From assembly GCA_000002445.1 (NCBI GenBank), contig CP000070.1:1792001-1856000 (forward strand): DNA of 64,000 bases. Reading direction: 5' to 3'. Source of the stretch: Trypanosoma brucei. Lineage: Eukaryota. Position numbers and translations under genes: made by a program. Position 1 is the first letter of the stretch. Every line of letters begins with the position of its first letter. Shown here piece after piece: positions 53,480-64,000 of this stretch. The notes under the pieces were generated by a model, which was given only the letters and a program-made list of their open reading frames with translations, was not told the DNA's origin and ran no database searches.

Positions 53480-53720
53480 ACACAATAATATGTAGGAAAG
53501 GTTGTAAAAAAAAAAATTTAAAAAAAAAAAAGAAACACGCACGATAATGCATGCTATGGAAAGTGGAAACGAAAAAAGAAAAAAAAAGCGATGTAAGTGA
53601 GGCAAAAAAAAAAAAAAAATCTGGCCATAATGACATCGTTTCAGCAAACAAAAGGAAAGGGAAAAGGAAAAAAGAAAAAAGAAAAAAAGGGGGAAAAAAA
53701 GCGCTGTCCCTCTAAATGTA
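53480..53720 (-). promoter_or_regulatory. Long polypyrimidine region on the minus strand, candidate trans-splice/polyadenylation signal upstream of the kinase gene
   Basis: The plus strand is almost pure A/G here (aaaaaaaaatttaaaaaaaaaaaagaaacacgcacg...ggaaagggaaaaggaaaaaagaaaaaagaaaaaaaggggg), so the minus strand is C/T-rich 370-600 nt 5' of ATG 53112. Confidence 0.35.
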
Positions 53721-55787
53721 CGGCTTACTAATACTCGTACAAATATTGAAACCGTCACATACAACAACACATATAACATCACACAAACACCTCCTCCGAC
53801 ACAATTACTTCACATGTGTCAATCGGTACTTGAATTAATCCTCTCAACATATTTATTTAATATATATTTCCTTTCCCCTCCTATTTGTGTCCCTCGTGTA
53901 CTTTTTTTTTCCTTCTTCCTTTTATTCCTCATTTAATTTTCCTCCTTTTACAGTTCCTCTTTTCTCTTGATTTTTTTTTGTTCTTTTAAAGTTCTAAAAA
54001 TAGGTACAAAAATTGAATGCACATTTCCTGTGCGTAAAGGTTACAAATAAAAAAAAAAGAGGCGATTGTCTGAAAGGAAATAAGAAAGGTGAAGCTAACA
54101 AAAATAAGTAATATAAGGGTGAAATTTACAAAAGTAGCGCCCATAACAATTCAAACGAAAAACAAAAAAGAAACTGAGAGGATTGAGTAGCATAATTAAA
54201 AAAATCTTTAATGAGAAAACAATACAAAACATGACGGAAAGAAAGAAAGAAATGTGAAGTAATGAGTGAGTAACTCGATCTAACAAAAACAAAAAAAGTG
54301 CAATTAGAAATCATGTAGAATCAACAATGATAATGATAATAATAACAATAACAATAACAGCAACAGTAATAGTAAAATGGAAGAAACAGAGACGTGAAAC
54401 AAAATATCGAATTCTCCATTGAAACCAATAAAAGAGGGAAAATAGGAATAACAGAGTACTATTTGAATCCTCTTTCTTTTTATTTCTTTTTTTTTTGCTT
54501 TGCTTTCCTTCTCTTCCCCTTTTTTCCTCTTTATTCTCACCATCAGGACCAGACGGCGGAAAATTTAAAATAAAAAAAGTACATACGCACAAATATATAT
54601 ATATATATATTTATTTATATTTATTTATTTAGGTGTGGAAAAAACACAAAAGTGGACGCCTGTGCGAGTGGAGCAGAAAATAAAAACACAAGGCAGCCAC
54701 TGCGTCTCTAATGATAACAACTAAAAGATGATATAATAAGGAAAATTAAAAAAGAAAAAGGGATGGGATGGGATGGGATGGAATGGGACAAGCAAGAGAA
54801 ATGTTTCCGGTGGCGAAAAAAAAAAAATGGGTTGACCACCAAATCTCAATAAGTTTCACAGATTGTGGATTACCCTGAAGAACAATAGTAAAAACCATTC
54901 TTGAAATAAAAAAATTTAAAAAAAAAAGATCATAAAAATCATAATAAAACAAAACTAGGAGTTCTACATCTCCTCCTCCAAGAAGCTTTCATCCCCGAAT
55001 GCTTCTAACACTGTTGTCATTTAAAATATTAAATGTCATTTGTGATCTGTTAATCCATTTCACAGCCCATACATTCAACTGTCAGTATTTCGTGTATATC
55101 CCACACTCTCCTAAACTCATTCACCCCCCTTTAAATCCACTTAGTGAAGAAGAAAAATAAAAAACAAAACAGTGCTCGAGGTATATATAGATATGAGAAG
55201 AGGGAAGGGAGAAAGGGAAAGAGAGGAGAAACAAACTAAAGAAAAGGAATGTTTCTTTTTCTCGATTTCCTCATCCGTCTTTTGCCAAGACAATAAACTT
55301 ATCTTTGACCTTTTTATCTCCATGACTCGCATTACGTAACCTTTTATTTTCCTTCTTGTCACCATCTCGTTTTCTTATGCGCCTCTACTAAATTTATTTT
55401 CTTTCCTTCTTTCTTTCTTTTTTTTTTCATTTAGTCCGTCATGACCTCATCTTTCCTCTTATTCCATCCCTTTCCTTCCTACCCCCTTTTTGCTGATATT
55501 TCCCTCACTGCTCTGTGTAGCTCTGTCATCTATATTATTTGTTACGGGGTGAAATCTTCCCTTCTAATTATATCACACATCCACTTATTTCTAGTCAAGT
55601 AGCCCTCCAAAATTCCCCCAAGCATGTACATTTACAAAATAAAATAAAAGAAAGAGAAATAGAAACAGAAACAGAAACAGAAATAGAAATAGAAAAGGCG
55701 AAAAACGCACACATATACATACACACACTTTAGGACCAAAGGGACCTGCTACGATGCTTCAATAACAATTACGAAAGCAGCGCACAC

Positions 55788-57254
55788 TCATGCGGAGCGA
55801 AGTGTCCCACGTTGCGGCACCCGCCCACTCGCGATGTTGATGTTTTCATTTCCTTTTGTCTTTGGCCCGTTGACTCTCACCGTCTCATTCAACATTGACT
55901 GCGGGCGGAGGCACAATCCAGCCTTGGGTTTGGATCCCTCGGATGATAATGTTTCATTCAGCACCGCTGGACGACGCGATGAGTGCACATTGCTGCCCGG
56001 GCTGAGAGGTATGGATGGCGGCAATTCCAAAAAAAATCCACCGACACGGTGCGGTGCACCACGCATTTCGTATTCCGGAAGCGGAACGGAACTGCCCCGG
56101 CTTTCCCCTGTGGCACTTGAAGCAATTCCACTATCATCATAACGGCCTGGAGCCAGGCTCCTTCTCACAGCATCATCCCCACTGATCCCCTCAGAGTCAC
56201 ACCGCCCACTTTGTATATCTGCATTCCCGCTATCAACTGCACTGCGGGCTGCAAATTCTTGAGGAGTGCAAGTCGGGTTGCGCGGTGCAGGTGACCAACT
56301 TACGCTGTGCTCGCTATGATGTGGTCCACCTCCAGATCTGCTCTTATTTATCCGATGTGATGCCAAGCTCACGCGGCCGGCTGTTCGAGATGTCAATTGA
56401 TAGTTCCCCCTTGTAGTCACGGCTGGTATTTTTGCGCATGGTGACTTTGATGCACGGTTGACACCTCCACTGGGTTGCATGGCTTGATTTGTGTTACCAC
56501 ACGCCCTACCAGCCGCTCCTGCGGAATCCACCGGACTGGTCGTGCCGACAGGAGTCGTGAGCGAATGTCCCCACGACACGCACGACAGATCCATCGGCAG
56601 TTGCCCGTCCGTTGAGGACTCCGTGAACTGCACACGAGAGCAACTTCCCTCCCGCTGCGAAAAGAAATCGACTGGGAGGTTGAGCGGACTATTTGGCGGC
56701 ACATTTCCCTCTTGCGACCGAGATGAAAAAGCACCAGACTCCAGCTGCAACTCTACCAAGCTTTCTCCACATCTCATCATGCTGTTGGTGCTGCTGCGAC
56801 GACACAAACACGTTTGTCCAAGTAGACTTGTATCGCATACGGCACTGCATTGGCTGACATATACCATAGAAGGTGCGGCGGAACGGTGCGCAACGCTATT
56901 GGCTTCGCTACGTGTGCCACCCCACGTCCCGGGTTCGCGTTCAACAACAGTTCGGCATCCAAACTCAACGGATTCGGTTTCTCTGTCACTTACCATCAGA
57001 TGCTGCGGGGACGGAGAAACATCTCTGAGAGGAGGTGTGGCGGAAACACTTTCCGTCCCTGGAGGATCGCAAGTACAAACAACCGCTGGTGGGAAATTCG
57101 GAAGCGGCGAGGTATCGGCTACGGAGCGGGCGAGAAGCGACGTCGGGCAACGCTCACGAAGCGGTGATACGCCCGGGTAGGGAATGGGAGATTTGCGAAA
57201 TGAAGTAACGGCTGCGGTGGGACGCGTCGCCTCAGGGCTTCTGGAGAGGCTCAT
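55788..57254 (-). CDS. Hypothetical Ser/Pro-rich protein (488 aa)
   Basis: GC-richer island inside a low-complexity AT-rich region. ATG confirmed at 57252-57254. Same orientation as the cluster. No domain recognised. Confidence 0.4.
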   Translation of the reverse strand: MSLSRSPEATRPTAAVTSFRKSPIPYPGVSPLRERCPTSLLARSVADTSPLPNFPPAVVCTCDPPGTESVSATPPLRDVSPSPQHLMVSDRETESVEFGCRTVVEREPGTWGGTRSEANSVAHRSAAPSMVYVSQCSAVCDTSLLGQTCLCRRSSTNSMMRCGESLVELQLESGAFSSRSQEGNVPPNSPLNLPVDFFSQREGSCSRVQFTESSTDGQLPMDLSCVSWGHSLTTPVGTTSPVDSAGAAGRACGNTNQAMQPSGGVNRASKSPCAKIPAVTTRGNYQLTSRTAGRVSLASHRINKSRSGGGPHHSEHSVSWSPAPRNPTCTPQEFAARSAVDSGNADIQSGRCDSEGISGDDAVRRSLAPGRYDDSGIASSATGESRGSSVPLPEYEMRGAPHRVGGFFLELPPSIPLSPGSNVHSSRRPAVLNETLSSEGSKPKAGLCLRPQSMLNETVRVNGPKTKGNENINIASGRVPQRGTLRSA

Positions 57255-57722
57255 TTCTTTGTTTTGCTGTTCCTTTTTTTTTCTTTTTGATTTTTTATTT
57301 TATTTTATTTTCAGTTGTTTGTTTGTTTGTTTGTTCGTTTGTTCGTTTGTCCCCTCACCTCTCCTACTGTTAATGGGGTGATGAGAAAATGTAATAAAGT
57401 TGCCCCCTGTGTGATCCAAATGATAGAACAACTTATTCTTCTCAACCCTTTTTTTCTTTTCCTTTTTTTTTTCCTCTTTCTTCCCCGAGATGTATGCGAT
57501 TAATACGGGACGCGACTACCTTTTCCTATTGCCCCCTACTAACCCTTTATTCACCGCGTATATCCCCAGAGCCTTCACTTGACAGCAACTTCACTTTTCC
57601 CCCCGAGATCGTCCACAACTATCTGCTGCTTTTCTGTTTTACGTCCTCCTTTTTCTTTTTTTTCTCCTCCTCCTCCCCTTTCCTCTCTCGCCGTTTTAAT
57701 GCCTTCCAAATCTTACACACAA

Positions 57723-57754
<32 letters not shown>

Positions 57755-60700
57755 TTATATATTTCTTTTATTTCTTTTTATTTATGCCTCAGTTGATGAG
57801 AAATAAACTCTCCCTTTCCCTCGCTATAACACAACCTTTGCGCCGTAAAGAAACGTGTGGTGTCGTTTACGATGCAGGAGGTGACGGACTCTAATTCCCC
57901 TTTCCCGTTCTTTCACTTTTGCCGCTAGCTATTTGATTTGGCTTTTGTTTCTTTTCTTTTTTTTTCTTTTTTTTTTTTGCTTTGGTTTGCTTTTTGTTTA
58001 TGCCTTCTCTCTTCTTCTTTATTATTATTATTCCTCTCGATGTTCGTTAACAACAACAAAAAAAAGAAAAAAAGAACTACCGGATAATTGTTTTGCTATT
58101 CTTCCTGTTTGTCTGTCTGTTTCCTAAACGATTGTTTTTTCCTGCTAACGACGTAATACACACGCACAGTAAGCAGTTTTGAAATTTTCTGCTCAGTGAA
58201 ATAAATAATAAAAGGAAAGCGTAAATATATAACAACCAAATCACGAGAAAAATTAAAAAAATTAAAAAGGAAAGAAAAGAAAAGGAAAGGAAAGGAAATG
58301 GGAGAAAGAGTGAAGCACGCTAACAACAACAACAACAACAGCGGCAGTAACAGCAGAAGCGGCAGCAAATAAAAGAGCACAGAACGAAGGACAAATAATA
58401 AATTAACAAATGAATAAATAGAGACAGTGGAGACATCAAATATTTCGCCAAGACGACGAGAGAACCGGCTAATATTTACAAAAAAAAAAGAAAGAAAGAA
58501 AGAACAAACAAACAAAAACTATTATTTACGTTATTTATTAATAGGCGAGTCTGCCATTTAAACATTGAGTCGGTGAGTAATAATTAAAAAACGGAACAGA
58601 ACAGAAAAAACAAAACAAAACAAGAACTAAGAGGAATGGCAAGAACAACAAAAAAAAAGAAATAGAAAAGGTTTGATCGAATAAACGAATGAATGAATGC
58701 GTGAGTAAACGCGTGAGAGTTCGTACACGCTCCTCAGTAACGCATCAAACGGGAGCGTAAAAGAAGCAAAGTTGAGAAGCAAATAAAACAAAAAAAAAGA
58801 AACAGACAGAGACATAAATAAGCAGAGAAAATAAAAATAAAAATAAAATAAATAAATGAGCAGAAAAGATAAATAGAAAGGGAAATAGAGAAGAAGACAA
58901 GCAAACCAAACAAGCACTTACGGGCTCACACCTACACACTTACATGCGAAACACATTAATATAAATATACACACACATAAACATATAAATATAAAATATG
59001 TATATATGCATATAAGTTTTTCTTTGTTTTTTTTTTGCCCTCCTTTTCACATATAATAATAACACACATCCGGCAAAATGCATCATCAGGAATATTCGCT
59101 TTCATCCACTTGCATCTAAATATTCATCCAGCGGATAACATATTGTCAAAAAGATTTCTTTTTTAAAAAATGGGGGAGAATCAGAAAATGAGTAAAAAGG
59201 GAAGATAAAAGAAGTACGAGGACAATATGTTAAAATAAAGAAAAATTTTAAAAACAAAAAAAAAACAAAAAAGGAAGGACCTCCTATCTACAACACACAG
59301 AGAGAAACAAATACCTGTAAAAAGAAAACAAAAATTACTTTACATTAACAAGCAAACACACAAAAACAAAAGGCGCAAAAAGAACACAAAAGTATAAACC
59401 AAAGATTTTAAAAAAAAAAAGATATAAAAATAAATAAAAAATGAACTAAAGAAACTAAACCAAACAAAAGGTGGAAATGTCGCATAATCTCATCTTGAAA
59501 AGAAACCGTCACGTCTTCTTCACATCTCTTTTTTATTTCTTTTCTTTTTGTTGTTGTTGTTGTTGTTGATTTCCTTATTCGTGAGTTTCCTGGGCAATTT
59601 AACACCTACACATTCATTCAAATCATTCATTCAAATCATTCGTTTAGCTAAAGAAAGAGAAAGACCTTACGGCGGAAAAGCAATAGTGATGACTCAAAAA
59701 AAAAAAAAAACACAACACAACACAACACAACAACGGACTAAAATAAGATAAGATAAGAATATTATTCAGAGAAAAACAAAAAAGTAAGATAAGATAAGAT
59801 AAGATGAAGTGGGGTGAAGTGAAGTCAGGTGAAGTGAGGTAGTAAAGAAGCAGGAGGGAAATAAGTAAGAATATTTAAAAAGAAAAAAAGTACGAAATTA
59901 TTAAAATCACAATATAATATGATAATTAAATATATAGTAATTTATCTATTCATTCATCCATTTTTTTTTAAAGAAGAAAAAGAATGAAAGAATACGATAA
60001 TGTGCGAGGAGAGGGTAAGAGAAACAAAAAAAAGGGATGAATAATGCGAGTCAAATATTACTAATTGTTGTAAATAAACATATTTATCGATTTCCTCCTC
60101 CCTTTCGTAACTTCTTGTTGTCGTTCCCTTTTCTTCTCTTTTTTTTTTCTTTTTTTTTACTTTTTTTTCTCTCTCTCTCTCCCTTTTCTTCTCTTTCTCT
60201 TTCTTTTATTTTGCTTTTACTGATGTCTCTGTTGTTTTGCATCAGGACACCCTCTCATTCTCTCACTTTCCTAATCCTAACACTTTTTCCTTGTCCGCTT
60301 GATTATTTTTGTTTTCTCTTGAAGCAAAAACAAAAAGCAATTATGCTTTTCTTTCATTTTAATATTATTATTATTTTTTTTCATTTCTTGTCCCTCCACT
60401 TTAACCCCATCTCTCTTTCCATATTTCCATAGTAGTGTAAAAAAGTGACACTCGCATGGTCTTCTGTACATGAGAAATGCACATAACGTTTAAATCATCC
60501 CCTTTCCATTCTCTTCCCCTTTTCGCATGTGCCGTTACAAAACCAAAAAAAAAAGAAACAGCAATAAGTAGCGCTACATCCGCATTATATCATGCGGAAG
60601 GGGAGAGGAAAGAAGTGCCTTACACAAAAAAAAAAATGGGGGGAAGTAAAAATAAAAGTAAAGTAAAGGAATGGAAAGGAAAGGAAAGAAAACATAGAAA

Positions 60701-61001
60701 CACACACACACACACATATACGAAAATGTGCAGCAACGTCAGCTCGCACTTGCATCATTACTCATTTCACCAGGCCTGCACGACCGCAAGCGAGTGCATT
60801 AAATCCTCACTTTACCAATAACGTGGTTAAACCACGCACATACATATACATACAAGTGCATACACGTGTATGCACTTCATATATATATATATATATGCAT
60901 GAATGGACGGGTTCATGTAAATATATATTTATCTATTTATATTTATGTATAAATGAATGGGTTGCATACCCGTACGCATGGGCTTGTTGTTGCTTGCTTG
61001 C

Positions 61002-61823
61002 TTACGTGATCTCGCAGTCACGCACGGATGCTAAAGGCGAGGTTGCAATTGCCTCTCCATCACCCCTACCACTTCGGCTGCAACTGCAACTGCAATAACC
61101 ATGACGGCTGTTACTTCTCCGATTGTGAAGTCCATTGTGATTACGCTTGTAGTAACCGGGGTTTGGATATGGAAGTATGGAAGGTGATGGATCTTTTAAC
61201 CATCGGCGTGCGAGAGGCACAAATGCTTGTCCATATGATGGCCGTGGCGAAGAACAACTACTCACAGCACAAATATCAGCAACTCCAATTGAAGCACTCG
61301 CAGTTGCAACGGCGGGACCACCCGTCAGCTCATCTCCGTTAAGCGTAGAGGCGTCTTCACATGCACACCACGCGAGAGGAGTCATGCGACCACCCGTAAA
61401 ACCAAACGAACCCGTACGCGAAAACCAACGTGAGCGACTTCCAGAGCGACGGCATGATTCCTCCGCCATTAAAACATCATCGCAACAACAACAACAACAA
61501 CCGCCAGCGCCATCATCATCCCCATTGGAGAAGTAATAATAAAAGCCATCATCGTCATCGACATCATCGTCGCGGTTATGGTTATGGTTATGGTTACGTT
61601 CAGCGCCGTAACAACAATCACTTGCGTAGTTGTTATCACTACTATTGAAACCGACGCTGTTGGCGCGGCCCTCTGTTCTTTCTTTTTTTTCCTTCTTTAG
61701 AGTTGCTAACATTAATTGTCGTCTGGCGCGAGTCGGTGGGCTCGGGGCCCGTGGGGGAAAATTAGCGATGGAAAATACGCCAGCAGCAACGGTCCTCTCA
61801 GGATCTTGTGGAATGTCTTCCAT
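61002..61823 (-). CDS. Possible hypothetical protein (273 aa); low-complexity content (CCCCCC, NHNHNHN, DDDD)
   Basis: GC-rich island with ATG at 61821-61823. Heavy internal simple repeats make the coding status doubtful. Confidence 0.2.
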   Translation of the reverse strand: MEDIPQDPERTVAAGVFSIANFPPRAPSPPTRARRQLMLATLKKEKKERTEGRANSVGFNSSDNNYASDCCYGAERNHNHNHNRDDDVDDDDGFYYYFSNGDDDGAGGCCCCCCDDVLMAEESCRRSGSRSRWFSRTGSFGFTGGRMTPLAWCACEDASTLNGDELTGGPAVATASASIGVADICAVSSCSSPRPSYGQAFVPLARRWLKDPSPSILPYPNPGYYKRNHNGLHNRRSNSRHGYCSCSCSRSGRGDGEAIATSPLASVRDCEIT

Positions 61824-62166
61824 CCAGCTTTCGAGAGGAAATATTTTCTCTTCTCTTTTTATTTTCCTTATTTTTTATTTTCTTTTCTTTTATCTGTTTC
61901 CTCCTCCTTCCTTTTGTTGTTTAGCACAACACACGACTTTGCTATTGGTGATTGTGAATCAAATGTATCGTTGCCGTTGTGAAGGCGGCGTCCGTACCTT
62001 TCAGGTGGTTGTTCGCCTGCTTTTATCAACTTTTCAACCCTTCCGTTTTGTTTTTTTGATGATGTTGTTGTTGCTTTTGCCTACAAATAAATAAATATCC
62101 TTTTTTTTTCTTTTCTTTCCTCTCTCTCTCACTCACTCACTCACACCCTCTCTTTTCTTTTTTTTC

Positions 62167-62200
<34 letters not shown>

Positions 62201-64000
62201 CTTCCGAGTCTGATCTTCTCTCTCTTGCTGACCTCTTCCTTTTATTTTGTTTTTGTTTTTTTTTTAATGTTCCTCCTTTTCCCCTCCGTTCTCCTTTTAT
62301 TTATTTATTTTGCTACTGCTTTTGTTGTTGGCTCTTCCCTACTCGAGGGATGTGCAGTTCCCTACTCGTTATTTTTCCGCTTGAAGCGTGTTTAATTGCT
62401 CTATGCGTGCGGAAGTTAATTTTTAAATAAAGTAAAAAAGCAGTTTCTATTGGAATGGGCACTTGAACCAAAAACATCGTGTGGAATATATTAATATTCA
62501 AATACAAAAGAGAAAAAAAAGAAAAAAGAATAGAGATAAGGAGAGAAGCGAAAGAAAAATATGTAATAACTGAAACAAATATACACGGAGAAAGACAAAT
62601 AGAAAAAGCAAAAAAGGTGAAGGAGTGATTTTAGGGTGAAGATGACGGGAGTGAAACGATATAATCCCTCTTTTTGTTTTTCTTTTACTTTTTCTTTTAA
62701 AGAAAAAAAACCTTCGATTAGATGATGGAAAAAAATTAGGAGGAAGCGGGGCGTCATGTCTAAAATAGAGAGGATGAGAAAAACCGAGTAGAAACAAAAC
62801 CACGCGGTCACTCATGTTCACACAAACACAAACACACACACACACACGTAATCACCCGTCCATATTAATAAATTTATATATATTTATATTTACCCCTCTA
62901 GTGCCTATTGTACCAAAGAAGCGGAGGAAGTGAGAACTTTTTTTTAACAAAAAGAAAAATATGGAGAAAAAAAAAAAGAAACAAGGTGTGGGTAAACTTT
63001 TTCTTTAAAAAAAGAAAAGAAAAGAAAAGCAAACAAATGAGACGGAATTGTGTCTAAACACACAAATACATGAACTAGGAAAAGAGGGAGAAAAGGAAGG
63101 AAAAAAAAAAGAAAACAAATGCGTTACACAGTGCCGGGGCAATAAAGGGTTTAAAGAGGAGAGCAAAAAAAGAAAAAAGAAAAAAATTGATATCAAGAAA
63201 GGAAAAGGGAAAGTGTGAAACCCAAAAGCAGGAACTTAAACGCGAACAAAGGAAGGGAAAGAGGAGAAGGAGAAGGAGAAAAGTGGGGGGGAGAAAAATA
63301 TGGGAAAGGGGGCGAAATAATTGACACGAAAAAAAACAAAAATTGTACTGATTTATTTTTATATTCAGCAGAAATAAAACACGCACATTGGGAAAGAAAA
63401 ATACATTCATTTCAATGCATGCGTGTCCTGAATCCCGTCGATAGGCGAATGTACGGGAATAATTAAGAAAAATAGAAAAAAAATACAGCAGTGGGTGTTG
63501 CACAGCAGCGTTGTTCCAAACAGTCGGTTGGTTGAAAAGCCGTAAACAAACACGCATGCGCGTAAGAGAATCCCAAAATAGATATAAGTGAAGACAGACA
63601 TATGTTTACGCATATATACATATTTACATATTTATAAACAAACGCATGCGTTCGAGCGGCCTTTCATTGATGGAACCCTGCCTTGCTTGAAATCTGCACC
63701 GGGTTTGGTCATATTTTTCTTTTCCTTATTCTCCATTTATTTGCATGTTTACTTTCCCTCCTCCCTTTACTTCCGTTTGTTATTAATGTTAGTCTCTTTT
63801 CCCTCGTCGCCGTTCACTGAAGGAATGATCGCTCGTTTTTTTTTTCTCTCTTTTTTTTCTCTCTCTATTCCAAGCTTTCGCACATTCAATACCGCTCGTT
63901 TTTAAGGCGGTTTCATGCAGTTTGAAGTAAAACCTCGCACGGTGGGACAGGAAGCGGGAAAAAAGGAATAGCATAAACCTTCCATGCACGTGCACACGCA

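Noticed and set aside
1-64000. tRNA, rRNA or snoRNA genes
   Set aside because: I saw no tRNA T-loop consensus (GGTTCGAATCC-like) or rRNA-like conserved blocks by eye. snoRNAs cannot be excluded without a covariance-model search (Infernal/snoscan).

Overview
This window looks like a single minus-strand polycistronic gene cluster from a kinetoplastid (trypanosomatid-like). All credible genes are on the minus strand and lack introns. Intergenic regions are long, AT-rich and low in complexity, with polypyrimidine tracts and (TG)n/(TA)n microsatellites. The encoded proteins (FHA-domain protein, DnaJ, STE-like kinase, EEF1A-KMT1-like methyltransferase) are typical conserved eukaryotic housekeeping proteins.

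The first ~12.5 kb is the most interesting part. It holds a head-to-tail tandem array of six paralogous genes (27..12515). Each encodes a signal peptide plus a conserved ~180-aa four-cysteine domain with motifs NSDKxKLVxEYYNAIxY and HCGFWLSFMPVSS, and no C-terminal hydrophobic or GPI signal. Two members carry ~2.4-2.6 kb of 18-nt (6-aa) tandem repeats coding AGPKE[S/T/A]/AGSEGS, about 130-140 units each. The genes are separated by a ~380-bp conserved intergenic cassette present in five copies. Three members share a nucleotide-identical signal-peptide exon and 5' flank, with a sharp switch to divergent sequence at a G6-7 homopolymer. That pattern suggests segmental gene conversion. I could not assign this family to a named family from sequence alone; it is a candidate secreted repeat-antigen family.

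Downstream (13-53 kb) lie an FHA protein, a methyltransferase-coiled-coil fusion, an S-rich hypothetical protein, a coiled-coil/GY-rich protein, a 1070-aa hypothetical protein, a DnaJ-TM protein, a 3030-aa giant protein with signal peptide and C-terminal TM cluster, and a kinase containing an ~80-aa Asp/Glu tract. The last ~11 kb (53-64 kb) is mostly low-complexity sequence with two GC-richer ORF islands.

Note on the ORF track: it starts several ORFs at GTG/TTG codons. I moved those starts to the first in-frame ATG.
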